A DNA stretch of 64,000 bases, taken from positions 5,890,001 to 5,954,000 of the forward strand of contig NC_087436.1 of the NCBI RefSeq assembly GCF_036321535.1. Direction: 5' to 3'. The notes under the pieces are model-generated. The model was not told the DNA's origin. It ran no database searches and was given only the letters and a program-made list of their open reading frames with translations. This DNA comes from Camelus dromedarius. Taxonomy: Eukaryota. How positions within the stretch are numbered: the stretch's first letter is position 1; each line of letters begins with the position of its first letter. Both the position numbers and the translations under genes were made by a program. Positions 39,000 to 53,389 of the stretch are shown here, piece by piece.

Positions 39000-40060
39000 A
39001 AAAATATCCCTGAGCACAATACACTCAGAAAGAGGAAATCCTTTTACAAAGTCTAGTCATTCTAGGAGATTTTATAGATAGTAAAAAAAAAAAAAAATTT
39101 CAGAAGGATGGGAAAGTGAAAGAAGGGAAACAATCATATTGTTGAGATGAGGTATGAGAAAATCACAAAAACACAAAAGCAAAAGATAAACTGAGAAACA
39201 CTAAAGACTCCATCTTTGACTGGAATAGAAAAATTTACATCATCGTTTATTATTCTAGACTATTTACTAAAGTGCTTCCATTAATCTGGCTCATGCTTAT
39301 GAAGTATTACAGGATAAATTATTACTTATCACTAAGCCTCCATTTCACTAGGACTTAGAAGATCTGCTCCACTTTTATTATCATCAAAAAGTACTTTTTA
39401 CACCATCCTGACATAACGAACTACTAAACAATCTTACATGACCATTTGTGATAAAGGAAAATTCAGAAACAATTTCTGTCTTCCTCTGGCCTCGTCCATG
39501 CTAATTACAATCGCAAAGATAATTGCATTAAAAGTAACCTAAACAAAGTGGTCTGATCAGTTACAGTCAATCAACCTGACACGTCGCTCATTCAGTTTGA
39601 GGACTCAAAGCTCCACCGAGAATGAGCTTGATACTTGTAGTTTGGGCTACAACATTGTGCCAGAAGTTTTTACAGAAGAAGAGATTTTTTGACCAAATGA
39701 GGACAATTATGCTCACTGATATAAAGCAAAATATCTCTATGATTTGGCCACTCATTTTGGGTGGAGAGTCTGAAAGTGAAGTTTCTAATATGTAGCAGCT
39801 GACCCTGAGTTTTCCTCTTTCCCTCGAGTTTCATTTGCTTTTTACTTTCACACCAGCACAACAGCCACAGAAATAGGCTGGCTTCTTCCTCTATGGGAGA
39901 GAATTTAAACAAAACCATGTTTTTAATAAAAGACAAAACAATTTAAAAAAATTCGCATTCAATGAAATTGAGACAGTTTGAAAAATTCAAGATTATCTTA
40001 CAAAACTTGAAGACTGAAAGGACATAGTTATAACAAATACAAAGAAAAAGATTAAAGAAA

Positions 40061-40370
40061 AGACATAAATGAACTTTACACAACAGAGACAGACTCACAG
40101 ACATAGAAAACAAACTTATGGTTACCAAAGGGGAAAAGGGGGAGGTGGAAGGATACATTGGGAGTTTGAGATTTGCAGATACACACTACTAGATATAAAA
40201 TAGATAAACAACAAGGTCCTACCATATAGCACAGGGAACTATATTCAGTACCTTGTAACAGCCTATAATGAAAAAGAATATGGAAAGGAATACATATACA
40301 TAAAACAGAATCACTATGCTATACACCAGAAACTAACACAACACTGTAAATCACATACATGTTAATTTAA
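40061..40370 (+). mobile_element. L1 3'UTR insertion with 16-bp TSD
   Basis: L1 3'UTR sequence. Perfect TSD aaaaagattaaagaaa at 40045-40060 and 40371-40386. Confidence 0.93.
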
Positions 40371-40559
40371 AAAAAGATTAAAGAAAGCTGATTTTCTAAA
40401 GAACAAGGTTCTGATCCTTAGAATTCTAGTAAAGCTGAGTAATTTGATAGAGACCCATCATTATACAAAATATCCAAAAAAGAATAGAAAGAGCCTGTGT
40501 GTTGGAACTTGCCTCTGGGGTGACGGCTGCCCTCTGTAGACCCCAGGCCAGCTACTGGA

Positions 40560-40783
40560 GCCACCAGGGCCTGCTCACAGCCCTCACTCACCAGACACAC
40601 AGATGATGCCATTTTAAACAAAACAGCCTCCTTCCAACCCCAAATGAATATAATCACCTCAGCCTCAAATGAGAACAGGCCAAGAGGCTACATCACCACA
40701 ACACTGACAGAGAAAACGGACATAAGTTTTAAGCTTCAGAGGTTTGGGGCTGGCTTGTTTTGCAGCAGTACACAACTGATCCA
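40560..40783 (+). mobile_element. MLT1-type MaLR LTR 3' part
   Basis: 'gttttaagcttcagaggtttggggctggcttgttttgcagcagtacacaactgatcca' is a typical MLT1 end. Confidence 0.6.
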
Positions 40784-41477
40784 CTGACTTACAGAGTTTT
40801 TATAAATATGAAAGGAGTGGGTAGTCCTACAAGGCTTATAGTGGTAGCTAGCCTGGCTTAATCACTAGCATTCATTCATATCAGCTTTTAATATATCGTA
40901 TTTTTTTTTACTCTTGGCTTTACTATGTATCGTAAGGATAAGTACGAATCTAATCACACATCCTTTGCCCGTAATTTGGGGACATCACATAGGGGATGCA
41001 AATACAGGGAACTGAGATTTGATATCTAAAACTAACTTTGCATTCATTTGCACAATGACCTTGAGGACCTCAGTACTCATCTCTGGTCTCTAATTTCCTC
41101 TTCTGTAGAGCGTAGTCCTAAGGTATCCAGACCCCTTCCCATTTGTATATTCATGAGTTGACACTGTTCAGATGACCTAAGCTTACCTTATTAAGCACTC
41201 GCCCCTGTTCTTTTTGTCATACAATATTTGTGGCTATTTTATTACAATACATCGTGTTTCCTGACTTTTTAATCACAATGGGATCAGCATCATGGAAATG
41301 TTACTAAATCACTACTGATCACCATCAATATTTCTACAGGTGTAAAGACTGGTTCTCCTGGAAGGAACTGTTAAAGTTAGAAGGCTATTTGTGTCTACAC
41401 AAAATACTCCCAGACTGCTGCACCGTGTGAATGCTTGTGTCTGCTTAATTTTTGTAGCTCTGTCCTTCTATCTATAA

Positions 41478-42528
41478 CTTTTTTTTAACATCTTTATTGT
41501 GATATGGTTCCTGTACAGTAAACTACACATGCTTCAGATGTACAATTTGATGAACTTTGATAGATGTGTACACCCATGAAACCACAACCACGATCAAATT
41601 AGCTAACATTTCCATCACTCCCCAAGAGGTACAATTGTTGAATCCCCGGTTCATTCTTTCCCACCCCCTTTAGCGCCTGCTAACCATAAGTTTGTTTTCC
41701 ATGCCTGTGAGTCTGTTTCTGTTTTGAGGATAAGTTCATCTGTGTCCTTTTTTTTTTTGGATTCCACATATAAGTGATATCGTATGGTATTTTTCTTTCT
41801 CTCTCTGGCTTACTTCACTTAGAATGATGATTTCCAGGTTCATCCATGTTGCTGCAAATGACATTATTTTATTCTTTTCAATGGTTGAATAGTATTCTAT
41901 TGTATAAATATACCACAATTTCTTTATCCCATCATCTGTTGATGGACATTTGGATTGTTTACATGTCTTGACTATTGTAAATAGTGCTGCTGTAAACACT
42001 GGGGTACATGTGTCTTTTTGGATTATATTTTTCTCTAGGTATATGTCCAGGAGTGGGGTTGCTGGATCATATGGTAAGTCTATTTTTAATTTTTTAAGGA
42101 ACTTCCATACTGTCCTCCATAATGGCTGCATCAATTTACAATCCCACCAACAGTGTAGGAGGGTTCCCTTTTCTCCACACCCTTTCCAGCATTTATAGTT
42201 TGTAGACTTTTTAATAATGGCCATCCTGACCAGTGTGAGGTGATACCTCATTGTAGTTTTGATTTGCATTTCTCTAACAATTAGTGATGTTGAGCATCTA
42301 TTCATGTGCTTGTTGGCCATCTGGATGTCTTCTTTGGAGAAAGGTCTATTTAGGTCTTCAGCCCACTCTTTGATTGGATTGCTTGCTTTTTTAATATTAA
42401 GCTGTATGAGCTATTTGTATATTTTGGAAATTAGTCCCTTTGTCAATTGCATCATTTACAAATACTTTCTCCCATTCTGTAGGTTGTCTTTTCGTTTTGT
42501 TGATGTTTTCCTTAGCTGTATAAAAGCT
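41478..42528 (-). mobile_element. L1 3' portion with open ORF2 C-terminal remnant (41736-42320)
   Basis: Peptide '[22 protein letters not shown]...[24 protein letters not shown]' is the L1 ORF2 cysteine-rich (CCHC) domain. Poly-T at 41478. Confidence 0.95.
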
Positions 42529-43380
42529 GGAAATAACCACTAGCCTTTAAGCTTAGGGAAGGCTGGGAGTGTTTTTAAAGGAGCAATTCTACTCTAGAAA
42601 AACAATCTCGCATCTTCCTTTTGACTTTTAATTCATCCATGGAAGGGATCCCATCCAGGGCAAACTATTTTCCACTCCAATCCTGTGTTAACACTGCATG
42701 CTTTCATTTTTTTCTTCCCTTTCACTATTGTAAGATTCTTAAAGTCAGTGTTTGCAATTTTTTGTGTGTATGTATACTTTTAGATAGTCAGCACCTGGAA
42801 GTAGCGGTGCAGGCAAGGCTTGTAAATGTCTCATCTTATGTTTCATTGTCAATTTTTGTGCATTTTTCACACTTCTAAATCTAATATTGCAGCATAACCC
42901 TTGCAAAAAATATACACTGGTCAAAACTTATAAATAAGGCAAACTTTAAAAATATATATACATACACACATACATATATATACACACATATATACATATA
43001 GTGCACTACGTATACATATATACATACACTCAGGAAATATCATTTCCTTCCTATTTCAGACAATTTTACTTCATATACCCCCTTTTCCACATACATACAT
43101 ATAAACACATACACAACATGAGTGTGTGGTTTTGTCTGTTTTTGAATCATAGAAATGGCATTATATAGTACCCATTCTTCTATGATTTGCTTCTTTCTAA
43201 TCAATATTGTTTGTGAAGTTCACTCAGATGGTTGCATTTAGCTGTTGTTCATTTTTAGTGCACTGTGGTATTCCATTTATGCGTGCATGACAATTTTACT
43301 CCTTTTAATGTTAACAAATATCTGGGCTGTTCCAATTTGGGGCTTGAAAACATAGCGCTGCTACATGTATTGGATACAAT

Positions 43381-43720
43381 TCTCTTAGTGCAGGCTGCTG
43401 GAACAAAAATACCACAGACTAGTTGTCTTAAACAACAGGAAGTTCTGGAGGCTGGAAGTTTGAGATCAAGGTATTCGTGTGGTCAGGCACTGGTGAGTGC
43501 CCTCTTCCTGGTGTGCAGACCTGCATCTTCTCCCTGCATCCTCAGATGGCAGAAAGAGAGGGAGAGATGAGAGAGCGCTCTGTCTCCTCTTCCCAGGTGG
43601 ACGCTAATCCTGTTCCTGATGGCTCCACTCTCCAATGGCCCAACCTCTGAACCATCACACTGGGGACCGAGGACTTCAACATAGGAATTCAGGGGGAACA
43701 CAATCATTCAGTTCTTACTG
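43381..43720 (-). mobile_element. MLT1A-like MaLR LTR nested in an old minus-strand L1 (about 42880-45480)
   Basis: 'aggctgctggaacaaaaataccacagactagttgtcttaaacaacag...gttctggaggctggaagt...cttcaacataggaatt...cattcag'. Confidence 0.85.
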
Positions 43721-46700
43721 ACAAGAATTTCCCTAGATTTACTACGGAGGACTAAAATTGTTAGAGTTTTTTAAAATGAGCATATGCAACGTCACTGTAT
43801 AATGCCAAACTGGCTTCTCAACACAGTTGGACCAATCTTCTCTTATCAGTAGTGAATGAGAGTTCCAGAATCTCTCCAGCTCTTGTTGTAAAGTCTCACC
43901 AAGCCTTGGGAAGGTCTGATTTGAAAATTGGTGTCCATTGAGCATATGTGTTATAGTATCTCATTGTGTTTATAGTTTGGAATTTCCTTGGTTATTAGTG
44001 AAGTGAAGAGTTTTATCCCATGTTTATGGATCATATGACTACTTATTTGTGCAGTAACTTTCAATTTTGTTCCATTTGTTCATTTATCTCTCTTACATAA
44101 TGTACTGTCTTCAATATTAGAAGACCTATCTTTCCAACTTGTCCTAGCTCTACAGTAAGCATCTTCTCAGCACTTCGTACTTATTAACAAATTTTTGAAT
44201 CACTTTGTTATGTTCCACTATGAACCAAAAGAAGCCTACTGGAATTGAGTGAAATTGTTTGAAACTTGTGAATAAATTTGGGGAGAGTTGATGTCTTAAC
44301 AATACCGAGACGTCCAATCTATGAGCAAGACATATCTCTCAATCTATTAAGAATTATCGAATCTATCTCAATATAGTTTCACAATTCTGTTCTTTGAGTT
44401 ATGCAAAATTTTCTTAGATTTGTTTCTAGGAGTAATATATTTCATATATAATAAAATTATTAAATTAGCTTATAAAATCGAATACTCCATTTTTATTTTG
44501 TTTTATGTACATAATTATACCATCTTAGACTAATAACTGTTGAATTTTCCTTTTTAAGCCGTTTGGTTTCTTTTCATTTCTTTTCAACTCTGGCCAAGAC
44601 CTCTGTATATAATTTGATACAAATGGCAAGAAATGGTATATTTGTCACCTTCCAGATCTTAAAGTGATAGATTTCAACCTTTTCCCATTGGATCCCTCAT
44701 TGTAAATTATTTTTGCTGATTTTTTTTTTTTTATCAGAGAAAGGACATTTACTTTCCTTTTCTAGTTTAATAGTCTCAACATTATGGATGTTTAATTTTA
44801 CCGAAAGCTTTTTCTACCTTTAGTAAGATCACCATAAGTTTTGCTTTGCTCTTTAGTCAGTTAATATGGAAAATACTGTCATTGATTTCCTAATATTAAA
44901 CCTTCTCACATTACTTGGATAAAGCAAAGTTGGTCAATATAAGATATTTAAAAATGTATGTATTTATGAATTTAATTCTAACATATTGTTTAGGGTATTT
45001 ACAAATCTGCTGACTACTGAGAATAATCAGTAGTTTTTCATGCTTTCATAGTTACTGTCAGATTTTACTATCGTAAAAAACCCTACCCTCATAAAATACA
45101 CTAGGAAATACTTTGTCTACTATTGTGTAGCAATCTTTTAATTGACATTACTTATTTCTCAAATACTCATTAGAACTCACCACTGATAAAATATAAGCCA
45201 TAAGCTCTCACGATGATAAGAGTTTGGTTATCAAATCAATATTTTAATACTGAACTACTAAAATTTTCTATTTTTGAGAGTCTATTATTTTTCTTGTAAT
45301 TTGTCTAATTCATTTAAATTATCAAATATATTGACATAACGTTTGTTGCATCCTCTAGTTTTAATGTCTCAACTTCTAAAATGCAAGCATCCTTTTTTCC
45401 CCTTGAAAATGGTTGATTGTGTCCTTGTCATCTTTTTCCTGATGCCCCAGCACTGGTGTGCCTAATTCTGGATTTTTTTTTAATTGATACAAAGATGTAT
45501 TCTGATATTAGTTTGTGCTACTCTTTTACCGATTTTGTTACTAAAAACCAAAAACTATTCCTTAACATTTTTCTATCATTCAACTACACAATTAGCATTT
45601 ATTTATAAATACCCAAAGATGCACAGTGTTTGACATGTGATTAGTTTTTAGTATGCCCCTTCTGGATGCGAGGGCTTTGAGAGATTGCTTCCTTTAATAC
45701 TCATGTTGAGGAACGTTAGGACTTCATAGAGATTAGGCAACTTGCCAGTGGATAACTAGTTAAGTAATACAGCCAGGATTCAGAGTCAGCTTGGTCTGAA
45801 ACTTACCTTGTAGATGTCCCCAGCATCTCTGGATTGCCTGAAGAAATGTGCCAGGTGGTTGTAATCCCTAAAGTCCAAGTAGAGCAATTAAACTCCCCTG
45901 TCAAAGACTGAAGAAGGCAGAATTAAATCAAAAAGCATATTATGATTTTTGAAAAAAGAAGAGCATACAAAATCTAAAAGAATTCACTTTCTTACATTTA
46001 TAACCTATCCATGAATTTTTGCTTAATATTGTGAAGAATGGCCCTGGACAATTTAGTGATTCCTCCATATTTAATGGAATCACATTTAGTTGCAGTAAAA
46101 ATTATGATTATATAGAATCTGTTTTATAATTTCGTCACCTTCACACTGTGGATAATCAAATGTATAGGGTTTCCATTCATGATTTATAAATTAAGACAAT
46201 TTCATGTCACTTAGTGAAAAGTATTTATGGTTGCAAGATTCTTAATGAGAAAAAAATTTCTTGATGCTTTTATATAATGTTAGGCTTGGCTATTTATTCT
46301 TGCTTTCTATTGTTGCCTAGTCCTCAAATTTGGAAGACAAGAATGATAAAAGGAAGTGAGATGAAAGGCATGAGAGAGTCACTGTGTTTAATGACCACAT
46401 GTGGTGTCCTGTCATCACAAATTACCCCACCACACTGGTGATTAACCAGGCCACCACTTGTTCTATGAGCTTATGATACCGTAGCCAAGAAGCATGATAG
46501 AAAACTGCCTGCAAAATTAAAAGGGCTTCCTTAATTTTATATTTATTACCATCTTGTCACCTCTGATAACACTTCATCATATAGGTGTCCTTGCCTGGAG
46601 AGATCAAAATTACAATTTACTTAAAGAGAAGTAATCATAGCTCGGTGCAAGACTGATGAGGCGATTCAGTGCAACAAAAAACAAAGGTGTACAAATTAGA

Positions 46701-47551
46701 ATGAAATTGTTTGGGTTGGGAAATAACATTACAATAATCTCAAAGGGTTTCCTTTCTTCAATGCTGTCATGTATTTTCATTACAGGGAAATACATACCCT
46801 CAAATCTATTGGTGGAGTTGTACCAATAATAATCTTTTTGACACATTGTATTTTTTCATCATGGGATTTCAGCCCAGCCTGATTTTAGAAAGGAGCCCTA
46901 CGTAAATGTCTTTTTTGCAGAGGTGTTGTGAAGACAGACTATTTTCTGTCCAGCCACACAAAATAAAAATGCAACTGAATGATGTAGAAACAGGATCAGT
47001 CATATTACAGCAGTGGATCAAATTCGGAGCCAAGGGAAGATTACAAAATACAAATAAATTGTGCTTTCACAGCCATGTTCTTAACAAACATAGTTCTTTA
47101 TTTTGATAATCATCACTGACCAGAAAGTAAAGCTTTGTTCCACTGCAATCACGGGGGCTTGTCCACCTCTCCAGAATAATCAACCACAGTCTTCCCTGCT
47201 CAGTAGGTGTGATCCTGTAATTTCTTCCACTCTGGAAGATGTCCCTCCTGCCCTCTATTCATGCTACCTTATCAAAGTCACCTCTATAAAACTATATAAA
47301 ATTGCTCCAGCTCCAACTGCCTCACTTTTCTCTCAATTTCTGTTGAATTCTTAACCCCTTAATCTCTGTATGCTTCACACGTATTAGTTTTTATTTTGTC
47401 AAATAATATTAGCTTTTATTCCACCAAATAGTAAGTTCAGGAGGAATATTTTATTTTCTTTCCATAGCATTTAAAGAAGGTATGAATATATAATAAATGC
47501 TCATAAATTCTCATTAAATTTATTTATGTTTTTCTCTGGTAAAATTTGAGG

Positions 47552-47557
<6 letters not shown>

Positions 47558-47596
<39 letters not shown>

Positions 47597-47601
47597 TGTG
47601 T
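47558..47601. repeat. (GT)n microsatellite, one interruption
   Basis: Read directly. Confidence 0.95.
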
Positions 47602-49504
47602 ATAATTAATTGAGAAATTTAAAAAAATTATGTTTAAGACAAAAATCTCATCTTAATTATCAATGAAATAGATCTTAGAATGTGGCTTGAGTATTGGGAC
47701 AAAATAAATTGCCTAATTTAAAAAATTACTTTTATTTTTTAGTTTTTTGGGGGTAATTAGATTTGTTTATTTTTTCTTTATTTATTTTTAATTAAAGGAA
47801 ATATTCTTGGTCGTTTTCAGTAACCACATGTATTTGGTTCCCAGCCAATTTGGAAGGCAAGTCCACAGTCTACAGGAAATCCCAATTGGATTTGTTTATC
47901 TTATTCAAGAATGTTATGAATATATTCAACCCTCACATAAGACGTGATATCTGTTTGCATAAGAGCATTAAGCATGTAATTAATAGTGCAATGGTCTGAG
48001 TAAAATCTTCCTGTATATCAGCAAGAAAAGTAATTACACTGATATGGGTGGTAGATAAGAGTAGTCAAATAACCATATTCAGATTCTTCTGTAACTCAAA
48101 AACATAAAGTTGAAATTGAGAAGGAAACTAAAGTGTTGGTAGAGAAAAACTCCTTCAAATTGTAGCAAGGAAGTTGGTTGAGTTAATCAATGATGTTTTT
48201 TTGTAATTTAAGGTATTCTTAAATTATTGTTTTATTTATGGGCATACAAAGGGTTAGAAGACAAATGACAGTAGCAGATAATACCTTTAAAAAAATTCTG
48301 CAATAGCAACAAAATCTAAACAAAGAAAGAAACACAAATGTAACATATTTACTCCCTCTGCCTTAACAAGTTCAAACACTTCCTGAAAGTCTGCCACTGG
48401 CATGACATTTGTATGTGTGTGCGTGTGTGTGGCATCTTGAAGAGTCTACGTGTAACCTTCAGACATGTTTCATTTGGGGGGAAGCCTTTTTTTGCTTGAG
48501 GGTGCCTCATCAGTTGGCCCTCTGTGATACAGAACAGCTTTAGTTTCCTTTTGAATCGTGCTAGCCTTTGTGTCAATGTATGTGGATTTACTGAGTCACT
48601 CTGCTCCCCAAATGATAATTATAAAGAAGCTAGTCTCAGAGGAGAATTAAACTCATTTGTTCTAGATCTGAATGCAAAGAACAATGTAAAGGTATTCTTG
48701 TACCACACCATCCTCTGTTGTAGGATTTCTGAATGAATTGTGCATTTGAATTAGCTTGTTGCACTAGTTTGTGTCACAGACGAATGAGTGATTAAGTGGG
48801 GAAATGAACATATGAGTGGACATCCCATGTGTTTTGCAAAACATGCTTTTGAATGACAGGCCCTTGGAGGTGCCACGTAGGTCAATTCCTTCCAGCCATA
48901 ATCAGTCAAGACACATTTCTGATCTTGTCACTGTTTTTATTTGATGCCAATCTTCTGGCCACACCAATGGAAATAAATTCTGACTTTTCACTGCTATTTA
49001 CAATAACAATTCCTTAGCTACATTTACCACTAAATTCTCTCTTCTGAACCCTAGATGTATATTTCAGCTATCTAATGAAACTGTATACTTGCATACATCT
49101 GTCCTTATTGTATACATATTATACCTATAGTTGTACATCCCAAGAATGGTTCATACATTAAAAAAAACCATGTCCTTAAACTCATGTTTTCCCAACCTAC
49201 TCTCCTTCCCACGTTCCCTGTCTCACTGAATGGCATTTATCCACCCAGCTATACAAACAAGAAAATGAAACACAATACTTTAGCCCTTCTCCTCCTCCAC
49301 TCTCTACATCAAATTAACTCCTTATGTCCTTAAAAAAAAAAAAAAAAGTGAAGTGAATGGACTTTAGAATCAGGCAGTCTGGATTGAAATCCCTATCCTG
49401 TTTCTTACAGTTGTGTGACCTTGAGTTTCTCTAAGCCTTAGATACCTTATTGCTAATTTCTTTTAAAGGTAATTTTAAAATAATATTCTTCATTTAAAAA
49501 CATA

Positions 49505-51335
49505 TATCTCAGTCAAAGAAAACCTAAATAAATGGAGAAATATTTCATATTCATGGATAGCAAGACTCAATATTATCAAAATGTCCGTTCTTCCCTACTT
49601 AATCCATAGATTCACTGCAATATCAGCCAATCAAGATCCCTGTGACTTGTTTTGTGGATAATGACAAACATTTTAATGCTTACATGGAGAGGCAAAAGAC
49701 TCAGAATACCCAATTCAATATGGAAGGAGAAGAACACAATTGAAAGACTGACACTACTCAATGTTAAGACTTCTTATAAAGTTACAGGAATCAAGACAGT
49801 GTTGGATTGGTGAAAGAACAGACAAATAGATTAATTAAACAGAATGGAAAGCCAAGAAATAGACCCACATAAATATAGTCAACTGATCTTTGAGAAAGAA
49901 GGAAAAGCAAAACAATGGAGCAAAGATATTGTCTTTGATAAATAGTGCTGAAATGAGTAGATATCCACATGCAAAAAAAAACCCCAAAATGAATCTAGAC
50001 ATAGACCTTACCCCTTCACAAAAATTAACTTAAAATGGATCACAAACTTAAATGTAAAATATTTAACTATAAAACTCCTAAAAGATAACACAGAAGAAAA
50101 CAAAATGACCCTGGGTGTGGTGATGTCCTGTAGATACATCAAAGACACGGTCCATGGAATAAACAGTTGATAAGCTGGTCTTCATTAAAAAGTTAAAAGC
50201 TTCTGTTCTGCAAAAGACAATGTCAAGAGACTGAGAAGACAAGTACAGATGGGGAGAAAATACTTGCAAAAGACGTATCTGATACTTTATATCCAAAGTA
50301 TATAAAGAACTCTTACAACAAAAAGGAAGACAAACAATCCATGTAGAAAATAAGCCAGGGACTTAACAGGCACCTCACCAAAGAAGATACATGCGTGGCA
50401 AATAAGCATTTGAAAAGATGCTCCACATCATGTGTCATCAGGAAAATGCAAATCAAAACAATGAGACACACTTATTAGAATGGCCAAAATCCAGAACACT
50501 GACACCACTAAATGCTGGTGGGGATGTGAAGCAACAAGAACTCTCATTCATTGCTGAAGGGAATACAAAATGCAAGATGGGACAGCCATCTTGGAAAACA
50601 GCTTGGAAGTGTCTTACAAAAAAAAAAAAAATGCTCTTAATATAGAATCCAGCATTATGCTCTTTGGTATTTACCCCAAAGAGCTGAAAACTTACGTCCA
50701 CACAAAAACCTGCACATGGGTATTGACGGGGGCTTTATTAATAACTGCCAAGACTTGGAAGGAATAAGGAAGGCGTTCTTCAGTAGGTGAGTGGATAAAC
50801 AGCAGTACATTTGGCTAATGGAATATTATTCAGCACTGAAAAGAAATGAGCTATCAAGACATGAAAAGACATGGAGGAAGCTCAATTGCATACTACTAAG
50901 TGAAAGGAGCCAATATGAAAAGGCAACGTACTGTATGATTCCAACATATGACATTTTTGAAAAGGCAAAACTGTGGAGACAGTGAAAAAAAAACAGTGGT
51001 TGCCAGGGACTGGTGTAAGAGGAGGAGTGACAAGTTGGAGCACAGGGGATATTTAGGGCAGTGAAAATACCCTGTATTATACTATAATGATGAATACATG
51101 TCCGTATACGTCTGTCCAAGCCCAAAGAATGTACACCACCAAGAGTGAACCCTAATGTAAACTTTGAACTTTGGGTGATGATGAGGTACTGATAAGGTTC
51201 ATCACTTGTAGCAAATGTACCATCTGGTGGGGATGTTGCTAGTAGGGGAGGCTGTGTATGCCCTGGGGCAGGGGGTAGTCTCCTCAATTTTGCTGTGAAC
51301 CTTAAACTGTTCTAAACAGATTATCTTCCTTAAAA
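49505..51335 (+). mobile_element. L1MC1/2-like element (ORF2 3' half and 3'UTR)
   Basis: ORF2 motifs 'ttcatggatagcaagactcaatatt' and 'gaaatagacccacataaatatagtcaactgatctttga'. Diagnostic 3'UTR 'gtgaaccctaatgtaaact...ctcaattttgctgtgaaccttaaactg'. Confidence 0.9.
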
Positions 51336-51599
51336 ATGTATCTACTTCACAGACATTTGGGAGGAATAGATACCACGATGCATGAAAAGCATTTACTACT
51401 TAGAGGTAGAGGTTCTCTATCTGATACTTACTATGTTTCAAAGACATCTACTCCTTCTGTCTTCTCTGCCTCTCTCTCAGTTTATCCCAACTCACCTTTC
51501 TACTGGAAAACTACAGTAGCTTCACACACTGTCTCCTGTTGTCAGTCTTGAAGGCTCCCATCTGTTATTCTCCGTGATTTCCCTCACCTTTAGAGCTTC

Positions 51600-51932
51600 A
51601 CACAGTTTTCTCGTCTCTGCTTTAATCCTTCTACTCTTCTTGTCCTGATCGTTCTAGAACCTGCTCATACCTTGGTTTGTAAATTAGTTGTCAATTTCTC
51701 TGAGAATCTTTCTCTGACTCATAACCTCCTCCAATAGAAGATATTTTCATACAATTATCACTGAATACTTTCTACAAAAATGTATCTCCCTGCCTTCCTT
51801 TCTATCCTCCCCATTAGATTGTAAGATTCTTGAGTTCCAGAACTGCATCTGCCAGGCTGACTGTCACAGTCTTAGTGTTTATCCTCATGGTCACCACACA
51901 GGTGCTTAGCAAACAATTTCTGAATGAATGAA
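51600..51932 (+). mobile_element. L2 3' end
   Basis: 'attagattgtaagattcttgag...cacacaggtgcttagcaaacaatttctgaatgaatgaa'. Confidence 0.7.
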
Positions 51933-53313
51933 TTCCTAATCTAGCTATTCCTGATAAGCTATTAGTAAGAGACAGTAAATTCTTGGTTATAGTTTCTGGG
52001 ATATCCAGGCATCCTGATTCCTCTTTTTAGAAGCTGCTAGAGGCTTGTTTCATTGTTTTGTTTTTCATAATAGAATCCCATAATAAAAAGCTACAGATAT
52101 CTGATATTATTTCCCAATTCTATTCTATTTGTTACATTGTGATTACTCTTTATGAATGTTAGAATTTAACAATACTTTTTCAACAAGTATCATCTATAAA
52201 AGAAAAATTTCTCTTTAGTTTTGTTTTTTTTTTTTTTTTGAAAATATCTCCAGGGAATTATATCCCCATTTGTGCTTTAGAGAGGTTTAGTTATGATATA
52301 GAATGCAGCAAAGAAAATATATAACTTCAGAATACTGCGCATCAAGATTGCAAATCTTCCATGGTAGTTAAGAGATCATATTTTTCTAAAATATGCACTA
52401 GAATGAGAGAATTCACAGTTTATGACTTCCATCTGGCAGACCTGACAAACGAAGGTCATCAATCTGTTCTCAAAAATAGCTTTTTGCTTAGACTCTAACC
52501 CCTGAAGACGTCTCTGATTTGTGGTGATCTAATACTCTTTCCAGACGTCCCATCATTCAAGGTGTAAGGTCAAGGACGCGAATCTGCGTCTGCTGGCTGG
52601 AAAAATAGGTGAGGAAGATGATCAAGGAGAGTCCTTGGAACTGATCTTCTTTGTCAATATCACTTAGAGTAAAGGTGTGTATATTTCAGCTCAAACAGAT
52701 TCCACCCTTCACGTGGCCCTTTTTCCCTGCAGTGCTGTTTTATTTTATTTAATGATTACCTCCTTGGAAGCAATCACTGTTAGATCCTTCCCGTTTCCCC
52801 TTTAATTGGTCTCATACTTTCACAACTGCCTTTATATTTACTTTTCCAGATGCCTAACTCTAGGCCAACAACTCCTATGAGTAAGTTTTGTGTTGAAAGT
52901 GCAATTTTAATATTTTCTAATATGAAGAATAGAACTTTCAAGAGAGCACCATATTCCACCGAAGCACCTTCTCTTTATTTTTCTTTCTCAAGACGTAGAT
53001 AAAAATGATACAATTTGTTCATTATATCAATGATCTTAAAAGTTTTTTTTCCCTAGAAACACTAACCCCTGGGATGTTAATATGGTCAAACACACTTAGG
53101 AAATACATTTGTTAAGTTATATGTATTTTTCTTAAGACTTCTGAGAGACTTTAATAAGCTAATGTAGATTGAGAGTCTCTAAGACAAGATAATGTATACA
53201 AGCGCCCCCAGGTTATTTGCTATTTTGTTTCAGATCTTCTCTCTGAATAGTCTGTGGAATATTTGGTAGAAAAGACTGCACTAAATATTGTGGCATCCAC
53301 ACAGTAACTTTTC

Positions 53314-53348
53314 TTTTCTTTCTTTTTTAAAAAATTTTACTTTATTTG

Positions 53349-53389
<41 letters not shown>

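Noticed and set aside
41736..42320. 194-aa ORF as a host CDS
   Set aside because: It is the L1 ORF2 C-terminal remnant of a 5'-truncated element.
46785..46890. Possible minus-strand exon (AGLKSHDEKIQCVKKIIIGTTPPIDLR followed by gtatgt)
   Set aside because: Weak acceptor, no recognisable homology and no partner exons. It needs BLASTX/RNA-seq.
52545..52608. Possible 64-nt plus-strand exon (ctctttccag...ATAG|gtgagg; TSHHSRCKVKDANLRLLAGKI)
   Set aside because: The splice motifs are plausible but the peptide is unrecognised and isolated, so I cannot support it from sequence alone.
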